Shown here: positions 38,701 to 52,000 of the stretch, piece after piece
Position numbering within the stretch: the first letter of the stretch is position 1
Layout of the letters: each line of letters starts with the position of its first letter
Source of the DNA: Ruditapes philippinarum
Taxonomy: Eukaryota
Length of the DNA stretch: 64,000 nt
Assembly: GCF_026571515.1 (NCBI RefSeq)
Contig: NW_026859562.1
Span: 124,001-188,000 of the forward strand
Direction of reading: 5' to 3'
The notes under the pieces: generated by a model
What the model saw: only the letters and a program-made list of their open reading frames with translations
Told to the model about the DNA's origin: nothing
The model's database searches: none
Position numbers and translations under genes: made by a program

Positions 38701-39162
38701 TGCTTTTTCACTTTAAAGTAACATTTATTTAGTATGAACGCGTTCAACATCTATATAAATGTTATAATTCTGGCCATGTAACATGTATAATAGTTTTTTT
38801 TCCTTCGAAGTTACATTTATTTAGTTTTAATGAGATGTTAAGTTCAGGCCATGTGTATGCATATAGATTTTTTTTGTCACCCAACAAAGTTACATTTGTA
38901 ATGTTTAACGCCTCCAACATCTTAATAAAATGTTTTTGTAATGCAGGGAGCGTTATGCGATCCAAATAAAGGAAAACAGACACGACATGACGAGATAAAA
39001 GATGATGACAATTATCTGAACGCAGGACTAGCCAGTAATATCAGGACACATTATGATGACATTGAATCTCCTTCACAAAATAATCTCCATACTCAGGTTG
39101 ATAAAACTAAAAAGAATGTGCAAATGGAAAGCAATGCTGAAAATGAGTATATTGAAATTTAA
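29780..39162 (+). CDS. Type I transmembrane protein: signal peptide, C-type-lectin-like segments, WSC domain, CUB domain, TM helix, Tyr-motif cytoplasmic tail
   Basis: Phase-consistent exons: 29780-29849 (signal peptide MQCLTFTFLIIPCLSGIFG), 30180-30356 (MTWSEAVDTC..YWIG), 30636-30751 and 31418-31556 (WSC: GC..ECAAAC..CYC..C...CPG....CGG), 32090-32203 (C...CSDDYRGFTCE), 32610-32801, 35307-35482 and 36806-36950 (CUB: GNITSPEY, CVYDYIEV, FCG, FRSDSSISGTGF), 37176-37235, 38089-38176 (TM), 38366-38525, 38947-39162. Small exons between 32.8 and 35.3 kb may have been missed. Confidence 0.85.
30792..31033. mobile_element. Palindromic MITE (family copy 3)
   Basis: Same TIR and core as 12923-13168. 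Confidence 0.9.
32810..34092. mobile_element. Cluster of stacked or nested non-autonomous elements with palindromic heads (CCCGAGCCG.TAGGCGAGGG hairpin) and repeated tails
   Basis: Palindromes at ~32810-32950, 32948-33100 and 33175-33308. Inverted pair TTTTATTACCCTTCC (~33312) / GGAAGGGTAATAAAA (~33795). Three tails CGTCACGA(T/C)TATCCAATGAAAA at ~33821, 33884, 34038. Confidence 0.7.
35641..36110 (+). mobile_element. Degenerate HINE-like element
   Basis: (GTCC)n/(GTTC)n microsatellite, two copies of GTACGTAGCTCAAAGA..GACCTAGAGTC, 3' GGGGCATCCGTGTCCTATGG. Confidence 0.65.
36440..36712. repeat. ~35-bp minisatellite (~8 copies)
   Basis: GACTACACAGTGGCATACATTTGTTTGATTGTTAT-like unit. Confidence 0.85.
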
Positions 39163-41374
39163 GCGAAAAAGAACAGGGCAAATTTGAGGGCCATATAGCT
39201 TTAAATTTCTAAAAGTAGGCCAAAGATTACTTCACATACAAAACTTTATACATGATTAAAATGTGTAAGCTGTTATACTTCACTGGAAATAAAGAATTTG
39301 TTACACACGTCATCGGCGACGTGTAGCCATTCTGGACCACAAGGTGATGCTACATGCCAAATAGGACCTATCTAAGCTGTAAAAATTGTGGTCACTGACA
39401 AAAAGGTTTGAAAAGATATAAATATATAAAAGATAATTATCATGATTATAAGACGTACCACATATCAGCAATGAATATTTAAATAACAGTAAGAAAATAA
39501 GGCAGTCACAAATTGTTTCACTATTCCCTAACTTGAGTTGAGGGAGAAGTGACTTCAACATAACTTTTACTTAAAGATCATGTAACACAATTTTTTATGT
39601 TTTTATATCATAAATATGATGCCCAAATAAAGATTTATCAATGTTGTAAGTTCCAAAAAAGCATTATTTACAAAGATATTACCCAATTTAACAGTTCATG
39701 TAAATAAAGGGAGGTAATAAAAAATTTATTTTCTATAAAGTCTAAGCTATATATTTCAATAAGGAATGAATGCATATATTTCAATGATTACATGTAGTAT
39801 GTAAAAATATTTGCTGTACATATTTTACATATTTTTTGATGTTTGAAAATTGTTTTATAAGTATAATTATATACATATATATAATTTCACTTAAGTGTGG
39901 TATACAATTTCAATTACAACATACAAGATCAGCCATGTTATGTATTTTTAAATAAAACTAAAGATGAGCTTATTTTTCTGACAGATTTTTACCTCCATGT
40001 TGATTGCTTGTTAATATTTATTTTTGACATGAACTATTTTGACCTTTTAAAGTAACTTTAACTTTGGAAGAAATGGATATCTTGTTAAAATAAAGATAAT
40101 TAGTCAAGAATAACTTGATATATATTTTTTTCCATTTCCTTTCTTTTGCTGCCATTATAGAAGTATCTGATATTTTAAAAAGTTTATCCGATATCCCATA
40201 CAATACCGTATCATAATTGAAGAAAATGCAGACGATAACCGTACTACCTAAATTAATAAAACAATTTCTTTACTCTTAACTTGCGTAAACAAAAATTTAG
40301 GGAGTGAAAATGAAATTTTTTTAAGACTTAAGAACATCAATAAAAAGGTTTATGAACCATTAACATGTACACCGGACAAATGATTTTAAACACCAAATAT
40401 ATGACATGTTTTCGACCAAATTGCCATCTCGCACGAGTGTAGCTTGTAAAATTAGGTGGTTCTTGCCAAAAGCGGGTTGTCTCAGAACAACGGACCACTG
40501 CTAATGTCGAAGCCTGGACTATATTACAAACGTGTTTTAAGTGGTAGGTGTGTTCTTTTTTTTACAGAATTTTGAAGACTTTTGAGAATTTTGGAGGCTG
40601 TAAAAAGTCGCCCCGTACATTCAATCAGGGATGTTATATTTCCGATCCTTAAAGATCGTTCAGCACGACATTATTGTTGTGCTTGTGGTTTTTCGTTCTT
40701 TCTTTTTGGCATCTTTCTTGTTGGGTGGTTCCAGTATTCCTCACTTGAATACTGTTGAATTACCCATATGTAGCCTGCTTTTTAAATTTGTCCTTTTGAC
40801 GTCGTATCTGTGATATGCAGGCTTCATTTGCACTTTCCAGTACCGTCCATGAACAGGCTCAATCAAACCAAGCCTGCAACATTTTCAATTGTGCCGTGTT
40901 TAGCTTTCTTTATGGATTCTTATTTCTCTCTATTCCACAAGGAAACCAATTAGTCAAATTTAAGTGAAAAGGCAGGGAATGATCTGAAATTGATCTGAAA
41001 ATTTACACAGAAGCTATTGGCTCAGACCTACATCATATGGTGCATTAATCTCGAAAAAAACATTTCCATTCCCGTTTTGTCAAAAAAAACGTCAATGGAG
41101 TCTCTTTAAAGTAATTTTTTAGGATTCTAGTTTAGTGAAGAACACAATGTTATGCGCTTACAAACTTTTCACTTTATCACTTTATCTAGATACAATTAAC
41201 TCTAAAACTCTAAACTACTATTCTTATAGAAAAATTACAATTTCTTTTAATTGTGTACATTGAAAATGAAATTAATAATGAATCTTATAGTGTAAGTGTA
41301 ACTTGCTGTTTTCGACTATACAATCACATATGACGCAGGTAATGATAAGGAACATATATTTAAAGTTTAGAGTT

Positions 41375-41735
41375 GATACCTTAAGAAATAAAAAGTTATA
41401 GTACAAAAAGTTTACTGCAAAAACTCTTCAATTAGACATCTGGACGCCGAGGTGAATATGACAGCTTTTCATTTGTAACATCGTAAAGTCGAGCTAAGAA
41501 GGAAGGCAACAAAACAGGGAATGAAGCAAGAAACGAACAAAAAGAGAGGAACGAAGCAATATTACGAACCAAGGAAAAGTAAAGTAATGGACAGAAAAGG
41601 AAGGGAAGGAAGGAATAATATGCAAAATTTATATAGAGCATTGTTTCATACAGGGGCTCAAAAATCTTTAAAAAGCAAATTCTTTTTACAACTGGCATTA
41701 CCTTACTCAAAACAGGCATTACCTTACCGAAATAA
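41375..41735 (-). repeat. Left arm of an imperfect inverted repeat (HINE 5' end plus purine-rich flank) bordering the F-type lectin gene
   Basis: Reverse complement aligns with 43993-44340 (TAGCTCGACT..AAATGAA.AGCTGTC.TATTCACCTCGG; CTGTATGAAACAA..CTATATAAATTTTGCATAT). Confidence 0.8.
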
Positions 41736-41839
41736 CCGCGATAATTATACAGTAAACTGTTGGGAGAGATATGCGACCATATGATACAAATATTTTCTCC
41801 AGTGTACAAAAGGTCTTAAGTTCTACCCTAGTATAAATT

Positions 41840-43933
41840 TCATGTAGAATAAACTTCCACTTCACAAAGAGTAAGATAAGATAAGGTATCATCCACTATC
41901 TGAAGCTTAAGAAATCTACCCATGATTGTACGGTCGCAAGTGATGGTGTAAAGAGCATTATTGGTGCCAGGTCCTTCGAAAGTTCCACATGCTTCCGCAG
42001 TACCTCCTTCTTCATTGCTGACCGTTATCTCAAGATGGTGCAATCTCTCCCCGCAGCAATCGCCACGATTCTTTATCACGACTCTCTTGATAGGGTATGT
42101 CCCAGCCAAATCCACTTGCCACCACGGATTTATTTCATGGTTAGTGTGTGTGCAAGGAGAGACACTCCAGTCCCCATATCTAACACCATCTACGGCCCCT
42201 GATGCTTGACCTCTTCCCATGGTAGAACTTTGTTCCGCATGCTTACCTTCAGCAAGATTTATTACCCACACCGTTGTTTTTATTTGCTCTACGTTATTTT
42301 GAACGTTTTCGATTATATTAATAACGTCTTTCATTTCATTATTCCGTTCGCTTTCATATTTATCCAGCTGTCTTGTGAACGACTCGATCACACTCTTTAT
42401 CATTTCGTCAATGTGAGAGTTTATCTTATTCTCTAGATGCTTGAAATCTGCTTCCATGTCATTCAAACAATGTACCCCATTTTCATTTTGATTTGCAATT
42501 GATTGATACAGTTCAGCGTAGGAGTTATTGACTATATCAATAATGTTTTCAATGTCGTTAACATTCTTTTCAATGGCATTTGTGTTGTTTGTACGTATGA
42601 TTTTTTCCGCTGCTACACCTTTATTCATGATAGTCAGGTAGTCTATCACCTGCTCAATGTTGTCTTGTATTGCTTTCAACTCATGAAATGCACCCGTAAG
42701 TTTATCTTCTAGTTTATCTGCGCGTATTTTGCAACTGAAATGTAAGAAGGTGAAAAAACATTGAAAGATGAGGGGGTGTATTGCAAACAATTGACAGACA
42801 AAACGTTGACACAACATAAAACCGACAAGTCTAAAGAATGACACAACAGAACATGGACGCAACAAAACACCGATGGGTTATGTTGATCTCATGTCGCAAT
42901 TTGATACTCCATTTGATCATGTCTGTGTATCACCGTTATGTAAATAATAACGATATCAGCTGCGGTCATGCAAAAAAAGCTGACCTCCAATTGAATTACA
43001 AGCTTTGGTTTACACAAAATTCATTTTAATAATTCAATTGTGCAGAAAGCTATACGCTTATAGACATACTTTCGAAATCACAATCTTTATCTTTAGTTAA
43101 CATTAAATTAGAAATCAATTGAAAATGGTTTGTTTATTTTTGTTGTTGATTTTGCAACAACGTTCGATGCAAGAATGGAAAACTGTTTGTCCGTGTTATG
43201 TCGCGATCCCAATAAAATTCATTATAATGTTAATTAAGCTTTTATATCATCATAATGTGTTTTATAGCATTCTATTATTGTTGTTAGTCGAATTAGTTAA
43301 AACCAAGTTATAACACTGACGTTGTCACACTTTTGATTTACAAGTACGTTGTCTCAAATACTTAAATTAACTTATATTTATCGACCATTGTAAAAATACT
43401 ACCGTGAAAACAAGAAAGTCAAATTATAGGAATATGTGCAACAGTATATGCCTTTTCAATTGATAGAATATCATGTTAATTTTAGGAACCGTAGGGAAAT
43501 TTCAAATCTTTTTTTTGGACAATAAACATAGTAAATAATAAATGCTAAAGAAGTTGAACTGATTTGGTAAATTTCACAAATATTTGGTGTTTCTCAATAA
43601 CAAATAGAGAGAGGGGGGGGGGAGAGAATTTGTAATAATGATTTGGGATAATGCCTAAATTCACCTTATATGTTTTAAAAATGTAAAAAATGACACCAGC
43701 TTTATGAAATTTGAAATAAATATAAAATGTAATCATTACCTCTCATCAGTAGTTATATCTTCCAAAGCTTTAAGCCTTCCATCCTGGTATTTCAGTTCGT
43801 CAAAAACAAGTTTAAACATTTTTGATAATGTTTGATTCTTGTTATCAACCTTTTTTGCGAAAACAATTCTTATGAGCCCAATGCAGAAAACACCAAAAAA
43901 GAAAAAAAGACGTACTGAATTTTTAGTCTTCAT
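41840..43933 (-). CDS. F-type lectin (fucolectin/FTP domain) with N-terminal signal/anchor and long coiled coil, 2 exons, 362 aa
   Basis: Exon 1 43933-43740 (MKTKNSVRLFFFFGVFCIGLIRIVFA...), phase-2 intron, exon 2 42734-41840. The C-terminal domain has NLA..K...QSST, AVDG, the canonical fucose motif H-x26-R-x-D-x4-R (THT...NRGDCCGER), PWWQVDL and LTLCEVEVY. Confidence 0.92.
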
Positions 43934-43992
43934 TGTAGCGTGTGTTTTCTTTGAAAAAATGCTAGTATCGTGTTTTAACAAATATGTTTTGC

Positions 43993-44340
43993 TTAGGTAA
44001 GGCCTGTTCTGATTATGGTAAGGCCAGGTGAAAAAAATGAATTGGCTTGGTTAAGAACTGTATGAAACAACATTCTATATAAATTTTGCATATCTCTCCC
44101 TCCTTTTATTCCACTTTTGTACATTTATTCGCTTGTTTCTTTCTTTATTCCGCTGCTTCGGTCCTCCTTTACTTTTTGTTTCTTGCTGCATCCCTTGCTC
44201 TGTCCACTTCCCTTTTTAGCTCGACTATACAATGTAAATGAAGAGCTGTCCTATTCACCTCGGGGTTGGCGTCTAAGTTGGGTTTTGTTTTTTGCAGTAT
44301 ACTAATTTCTTTTTATTATAACTACTTTATTTCTTAAGAT
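43993..44340 (+). repeat. Right arm of the inverted repeat bordering the F-type lectin gene (continues as a degenerate HINE)
   Basis: Mirror of 41375-41735; the spurious ORFs 41432..41809(-) and 44117..44305(+) share FLARLY..NE.LSYSPR. Confidence 0.8.
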
Positions 44341-44497
44341 TTATAAAATGTAAATTTCAAATGTTCTTTATCATCCAGCATCTAACTTTTTTTTATATAT
44401 TAAATAATTTAATGGAACTCTTTGTATGTCTCCTATCAACTCCCATATAAGGTTTATAAATCTAGCGTCAAAAAATTCCATGATTATCCCCCCTTAA

Positions 44498-45292
44498 GGT
44501 AGACCATGGGTAATGCATTACCTCCACTTTGAAGAGTATTCAAATAGGCTAGAATCGCTTGTAAACTACATTGAAATTGAGGGGCGTGGGTTCAAACCTC
44601 AGAAGAGGCAACTTTTTTTTTCTTTCTTTTTTTCTTTTTTACATTATTTATGTTTCTCTCTGATCCCTTATGGAAAAAAAAAAGTTTGATTTAAATTATA
44701 TAATTATTTTAGGTATTTTTTTTGCTAAATAATGCCAAAATTTATAGCAAATATGATACCAGATATTTTCAAAGTTCGATAAAATAAAAACTACACGGTA
44801 AAAGTATTTTATATTTCGGATGATCAACTAATATACCTTTAAGAAAATTTAGGCAAACTTTGAAAACAGACCCTCATTTTGATAAATTTTAGGAATATTT
44901 TGAATAAGGCATTTTAGATAGGGAAATGGTAAAATTAGTGTTTAAAGTGGGTGGGGTAGGGTAACATTTTTATACGTATTAAGAACATTTTGTTTAGAAA
45001 CAAACATTTGGCTTGTGTAATGTGTTACCTGAATGTTATTATTTGTTTCTTAACAATGAGCAATAGAAAAACATTTTTTATAATGATGATATTACCGATT
45101 ATTTACAGTTTCCTCATTTCTGAAAATTATCCCTTCTAATGCCAAAGTCTTAGTTCAGAAATATATCCATAACTCATAAACCACACGGTAAATGTTATTT
45201 AAATTTTGCATACAGGTGACCTTGAAGACATATAACTGTCTTATGTTGTCAATTTTACAATTCTTTATGGTGCCCATTACCCATGGTCTACC
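44498..45292. mobile_element. Kolobok-type non-autonomous DNA transposon with TTAA TSD
   Basis: TTAA|GGTAGACCATGGGTAATG ... CATTACCCATGGTCTACC|TTAA. Purine-purine 5' terminus with TTAA target fits Kolobok rather than piggyBac. Confidence 0.85.
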
Positions 45293-46317
45293 TTAAGCTT
45301 AGAATTTGCCTAAGTTGTTCTATAACCTCATAATTTCTCAATAGCTTAAATTCAAATCCAAAAAATATGTTTATTGTTAACACCTTCATCATTTGTGATG
45401 ACATATATTGTAATAATAATAAAAAAATTCAAATAATACCTTTTTACTTCATTCATTCATTTTCACTTTCTGTCATTTGTTGATCCTACTTTCGTTTTCG
45501 AATTCATGTTTATGAATGTTACTGCAAGATGACTTCTCTAGAAACTTGTTAAATCCTTCACTATTCAGCCTCATTCTGTACTGTGCAGATCCGCCATTTC
45601 TGTTTTTGACTGTGAAACAACCGTCTGAGGCGGGCTATTTGAAAAGTCTGCTTATTTTCGTTTTAACTTTGACGGTAACTTGCACTTTCCATTATCGGTC
45701 TTGAACAGGCACAGTAAAACAGAGCCTACAACATTTTCAATTTGTCATGTTGGGATTTCTTTAGGGATTCTTTATTCTCTATTTTATATCTCGCCACATC
45801 AGCGTTGTTTGTGCCGTGTGAAGGCTGTTATTTCTACCAGATTTTTACTTTAGTCATGATAAACCAAGTAATTTATTTACAATTGCCAATGAAAACTTTT
45901 TTAATACATTAATTATCTAAACAGGATGTTTTTGAGAGTTCGGAAAGCAAACATTTTTTTCCGCCAGAAAAATAAAACAAAAACATGTTTGTTATTTAAG
46001 ACTGATTTGATTAAGATTCAATTTGTTGATGTGAAACAGTTTTGATATAATTAAGCATGTGTTTATGTTTTATTTTTGTGATTTTTAGATTGAATTAAAT
46101 TCCCACTTTTTTCTACAAAACAATGTATGAAAAAAAACAGAGATCTATGTAATAAAGGAATAAATAAGGATACCATGTGGTAAAATAATGCCGACTAATA
46201 TAGATAATTATTAAGATACAAAACGCGTCAATGTGCTAATTACTCAGGAAGTTGGCTATCTAATTAGCACAATTATATATCAATGGCACATTAATATTTG
46301 TATATCTGACACAATGA

Positions 46318-46530
46318 TTTGTTTGTTTGTTTCATTTTATGCCTTTTCCCAACAGTATTTCAGTCATATAGGCTGGTGGTTTCATAACCGTCCTTCCTGG
46401 AGGATAATACCAGTACTAGACTATCTTCCTCCGCGCTTAACTACCAAAGTATCTCCCGGGGATCGAACCCACGCCAGAAATGTAACTGGATTAAAAGTCA
46501 TCGACTCTAACCCCTCGACCACGGAGGTGG
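46318..46530 (-). mobile_element. Degenerate tRNA-derived SINE
   Basis: Minus strand CCTCCGTGGTCGAGGGG (A-box-like) ... GGGTTCGATCCCC (B-box), ending in an (AAAC)n tail. Confidence 0.55.
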
Positions 46531-46571
46531 TCAACTGACTCAATGAAATATACATTCATGACACAATGAAC

Positions 46572-47092
46572 TCTGCATTAATGACACATTGATATCTGCA
46601 TTAATGACACATTGATATCTGCATTAATGACACATTGATATCTGCATTAATGACACATTGATATGTGCATTAATGACACATTGATATCTGCATTAATGAC
46701 ACATTGATATCTGCATTAATTAATGACACATTGATATCTGCATTAATGACACATTGATATCTGCATTAATGACACATTGATATCTGCATTAATGACACAA
46801 TGATATCTGCATTAATGACACATTGATATCTGCATTAATGACACATTGATATCTGCATTAATGACACATTGATATCTGCATTAATGACACATTGATATCT
46901 GCATTAATGACACATTGATATCTGCATTAATGACACATTGATATCTGCACACATTGATATCTGCATTAATGACACATTGATATCTGCATTAATGACACAT
47001 TGATATCTGCATTAATGACACATTGATATCTGCATTAATGACACATTGATATCTGCATTAATGACACAATGATATCGGTATTTATGACACAA
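46572..47092. repeat. 23-bp minisatellite (~22 copies, nearly perfect)
   Basis: TCTGCATTAATGACACATTGATA repeated. Confidence 0.97.
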
Positions 47093-49062
47093 TGAAATAT
47101 GTATTATTGACAAAAAATATGTAATTATGATTATGACACGATGGAAACTTATTTCCATTATATTCAAAGAAAATACGGAACACATATAATGGTAGTAGTT
47201 TTTATGCGAGGTATAAATACATGTATGTGATTGGTGGGTTAAAGTGAATAACTTCTGTACTTTGCACGTGTCCTATTTTAAAATCTTTGTTTACTTGTTT
47301 ATTGATGTACAAATTTCTTGTCACCGCTAGGAAGTATGTACCTGCTGAGAAGGCAGTATAAAAGACAAAACGAAAAATAAACTCAAATCGGGTAATTCAT
47401 TTCTTACATTTGGATCTTCTACAGGATATTATAATTATTTAGTACACAGTGTGTTATGGTGTATTTTTTTGCCAAAGCTATAAATAGATGCCCACCATTG
47501 TTAATGTCCGAAAATCTATTTACAGAAGTAGTTATAGTTAAACGAAACGGTCATTCGTGTCGCGCTATGGTTATAAAAAACTAACTTGAGAATTTTGCAG
47601 AAAATGAAATGCAAACATATTCAAACAATAAATTGCACTCTTTATACATTTATAGAAAAAAACTCAGTCGGCATTTTTTACAAATAGTAATAACATAGTA
47701 TAGAAATGGTTATTGAAATATTCATTTAAAAATTGGCTCGTCAATTTTCTTTTTAAGGCCCTGATTGCACTTATGACATTCTTTGACCATGAATATTTAA
47801 ATCGACCTAGTTCTGGCTTTCATAGCTTTATTTGTCGCTTTTAGTTTGACGTTGTGCGACAGTAAACAGGTCTAGCAGTAGTGTACTATAAAACACATTT
47901 GCAGTTCAAGTCTCTTTAGCTAAAATCGACCCTGATTTCCTGCATTTCTACTGTTCTATATTTTGCTTGAAGGCAATCATTTAAATGTTATTTGAGTGAA
48001 ATGTTGATTCGCCGAACATTTTGACATTTTTACAACACAAACTTTTGTCTGCAGTTTTGACATGAGTTGTTATGGGTTTATTGATAGGAATTCAAACACA
48101 CTGGTAGGTCAGACGAGGTTTTTGAAGCAATTCAACGAAATAGTAGATAGACCTCCCAGTAAATCAATTTACAGGCTTTGTTCATTTTGACTTCCTTTTT
48201 GTATGTTCCAAAGAAGATAATTTAATTTTCTAATCTCAAGCATGCCTATCGAAGTTAATGATGAACAATGTCTTCCGTCTGCTTTTTCTAAATGGTATAC
48301 AATTCTGGTAAAATTCAACCACCCATTGAAAAGTCGATAAGAATATTTGTTCATCAGATCAATGCTTTTCTCGTAATAGCATGATATATGATATACCATT
48401 TGCCCCGAGACATGTAACGGACATTAAAAAAAAAATCGATGAAATTTTTTTTTGTTTTGGCTTATTTATATATGAATATTTCTTACCATTACTTGTTGAT
48501 ATTTGTAGCAAATGAATAGCATTATAGGCGAAAAAGAAAATGCACATGCTTTGATATTTTTTATAATCTTAACTTACTGACTACAGTAATGACTCAAACA
48601 GAACACACGATGTTGCACTACTGTCATGTCACATTACAAGTCTTGTTTGCATTGGAATTTTTCCAGGTAGGCATCAGTGAAAGCATTTTTTTAAATGTGG
48701 ACAGTGCATACGATAAGTATAATTATGCAAATTTAATGATTTCCAAAACATCCGTAATAATTTGCAATCGTACTTAATCTAACTAGAAAAAAAGACATGT
48801 GCGCTTTAATATATTGTATAAGATATATAAACGACACTATAATGTTTTTTGCGTTCATTGTGTTGGAAGTATTTTACAATATTGAATTTGAATATTACAG
48901 TTCACATAATTGAGTAGTAATTGGAAAATCAGGATGGATCTAATAATAAATTTTATATCTATATCAATGACAACAACCAGATATTCGTTCATTTATTTTC
49001 ATAGTTTATTTATTTACAGATCTAGTTACAATAATAACAACTTCATGGCGTGAGTTTGTAAA

Positions 49063-52000
49063 TTATCTGTTGCAGCATTTCTTTCTTAACTGCATAAATA
49101 TACCCAAAGCAATAGAAACCGAGCCACACGCCAGACAAATAAGGGTTCCACCTCTGATACATTTCATCCCATAACAATGCACTCCATCCCCTCCCGGACT
49201 TATTTTGTCATCATAAAATGCACCAAATGCTTCTTGAATACCAAAACCAAGTAACGAAGCTACGAGCAATGCAATCCCCCAATTCCTACCCAGGTTCCCC
49301 ACGTAAAACATTTCTTTCATAATAGTTGGCGACATGGACCACACAATGGCCGTCCCAAAGCCAACAAGAACAGCAGAAATAACTAAAAAGTCCAGTGTTC
49401 CAGCAAGGAAAAACACTAAAATTTGTGACGCCGTGTAACATGTACATCCTAATATCAATATCCACATCCTGGGAAACCTGTCTTTGAAATAGTCAGATAT
49501 AATACCGACTAGAAAACTTACTACAGCATTGGTTATTGGAATGATTAAAGTAAGTCTGTCATTATACTTATCTAGATGGAGTGATCCACTAATAACAGTG
49601 ATATTGTTGGTATAAACAAGGCCAATCACAGATGCGAACGAGATAGTCCAAATCAATATTTCATAGTCTGCGTTAAGTAAAATTTCCTTCACACTCATGT
49701 GCCTTTCTGCGTCGTTATTTGTAATTGTAACATTATCTGTATTACTGTCACCATTGATATCACCTATTATGCTTTGCCGACCATTTCTTCTTGCAAAGCA
49801 AAATATCTCATGACTTCCGCCTGAATTTGAAGATGTTACAATCTCATTTGTATTAGATATATCATCCTCCACATTAACAAACCGTACGAATGGTTGTGAT
49901 TCATCCTTATATATTTTGACGAAAAGTATACTTAAAATATCAACGATAGCAAAACTTATCGCAAACAGAAGCATAAATCCAGGGAAGTCTTGATTTGAAA
50001 CGTCGGTAGTGTCTCCGTGAGAAAACACGTGGTAATACAGCGCAGCAAAAACGGAAGGACTACCTGCGAAAAATGCATTGAGCAAACCAACTATCTTTCC
50101 GGTATCCTTTTTATCGAAATTGATTATATTTGTGTTCAAAGCAACCATGTAGGTAAATATAGATCCAAGCCCTGAAAAAGAGTGGAAAAATAGCATTAGA
50201 TTATCAAAGCTTACAATACGGCCAGTACACATCTGGAGGAGCCTCCACGCGAATGTTTAATTAAGCTGCGTTTAAGTCCACATATTTACTGTATTATTCT
50301 CAGTAAATGTGACTCAATATGATTTTCTGATTAGAAACGTAATGCAGAGACGTTTCCAACGTTCTTTACAGGTACCATCTCCGTCTACTTTTGCCGTAAA
50401 CTGATTTTATCATTGACATTACGTGGAGAAGGTCATGAAATATATTGGATACTGCAATGACAAGTAAGAAAGTTTATTTCACACCTTATAAAATATAACC
50501 AATGAACTTTCATAGTTGAGGTCACGTGATATTCCTACAATAAAATATAACCAATGAGCTTTCATCGTTGAAGTCACGTGATATTCCTACAATAAAATAT
50601 AACCAATGAACTTTCATCGTTGAAGTCACGTGATATTCCTACAGAAATCTTTATTGGATCCAATCTTATCAATTAAGTCTCGTTTCAAATTCTGGAGTGT
50701 CAAAACAATCCATATCAACTGTATATCGTACATCATATAGCCTCGTTTTAATTTTCAGAGTCAAAAATATCTATATCAAATGCATTTCGTGCCCTATATA
50801 GCCTCATTTTCATTTTCAGAGTCCAAAATATCTATATCAAATGCATATCATACAAATCCAATATAGTCCAGAATTTCGCATCATTATCCTAAATACACTA
50901 CAAAAATGATGATGTTGATTCTACCGGACTCGTACACGCCTGCAAAATCTATATCAGACATGGATTGCGTCTCGTTCAATATATATTTGACAGCTGTGTA
51001 CTCGTTCAACAAAATTTAATATTGTACTAAAATGTACAATAACCTCAATATATTTTACGGTCGCATAGAAGCATTCAAAAGCAGCCATTGGATGTCACTG
51101 TTAAGTATAGAATTATAATTATTGTTTCCATAAAATGTCGAGTACATGTACAATATTTACTTCTATTGGACAAATACAAAGTTGTTTAACTTATATTGGA
51201 CCAGGGGCTTGCCAAGTCACATATAGGTATTGCTCACAGGGGGCCCACACAGTGTTTGGATGGTATATACTGCTTGATAGTGACCTTAAAATGAGATTTT
51301 AGTCATAACCTTATAATATGTATATAAATATAGACAAGGGGCATTACTCGCTAAATTGAGAATTTTCGATCACCCTCAAATTCATGCGAGATTTTCCACT
51401 AATTAAATAAAAAAATTCCAAAAACTATACTGCGTTGCATAGCTTATATAATCCACAATTGATAAACACTAACTCTATTTTGATTCCCTTAACCCATTTT
51501 AAGAAATTTATTCAAAACCGTTCACTTCTGTCACAAAATAGCTTAGTCGTACGAGATGTCGCAACACCAAATTCCACGGGTAAAATATCAATTTTAAAAG
51601 GGGGAGGTACAAATAAACGCATGCAAACAATAATACAACATAGTTTCTATTACCTACCTGCGCAAATAGTCGTGAAGCGCTCTATATTAGTCTGTTTCGA
51701 ACGAAATCTTCAAATCAGTGCAGAAATCTGCTTCGACGTAGACATCTTGGGGAAACCCCGGTCACGTGACCAGCCGGTGTATCGAGACCTTTCATTGGTT
51801 CGGTAGGAACTTTGTTTATAACGACAACCAATGAAACGTTTCCATACACCATGACCAGAATTTCCAACATGTATTCGCCGAAGCAGATTTCTGCACTGAT
51901 TTGAAGATTTCGTTCGAAACAGACTAATATAGAGCACTTCACGACTATTTGCGCAGGTAGGTAATAGAAACTATGTTGTGTTATTGTTTGCATGCGTTTA

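Noticed and set aside
46440-46530. tRNA gene
   Set aside because: Only A/B-box-like motifs without a complete cloverleaf; better explained as a SINE head.
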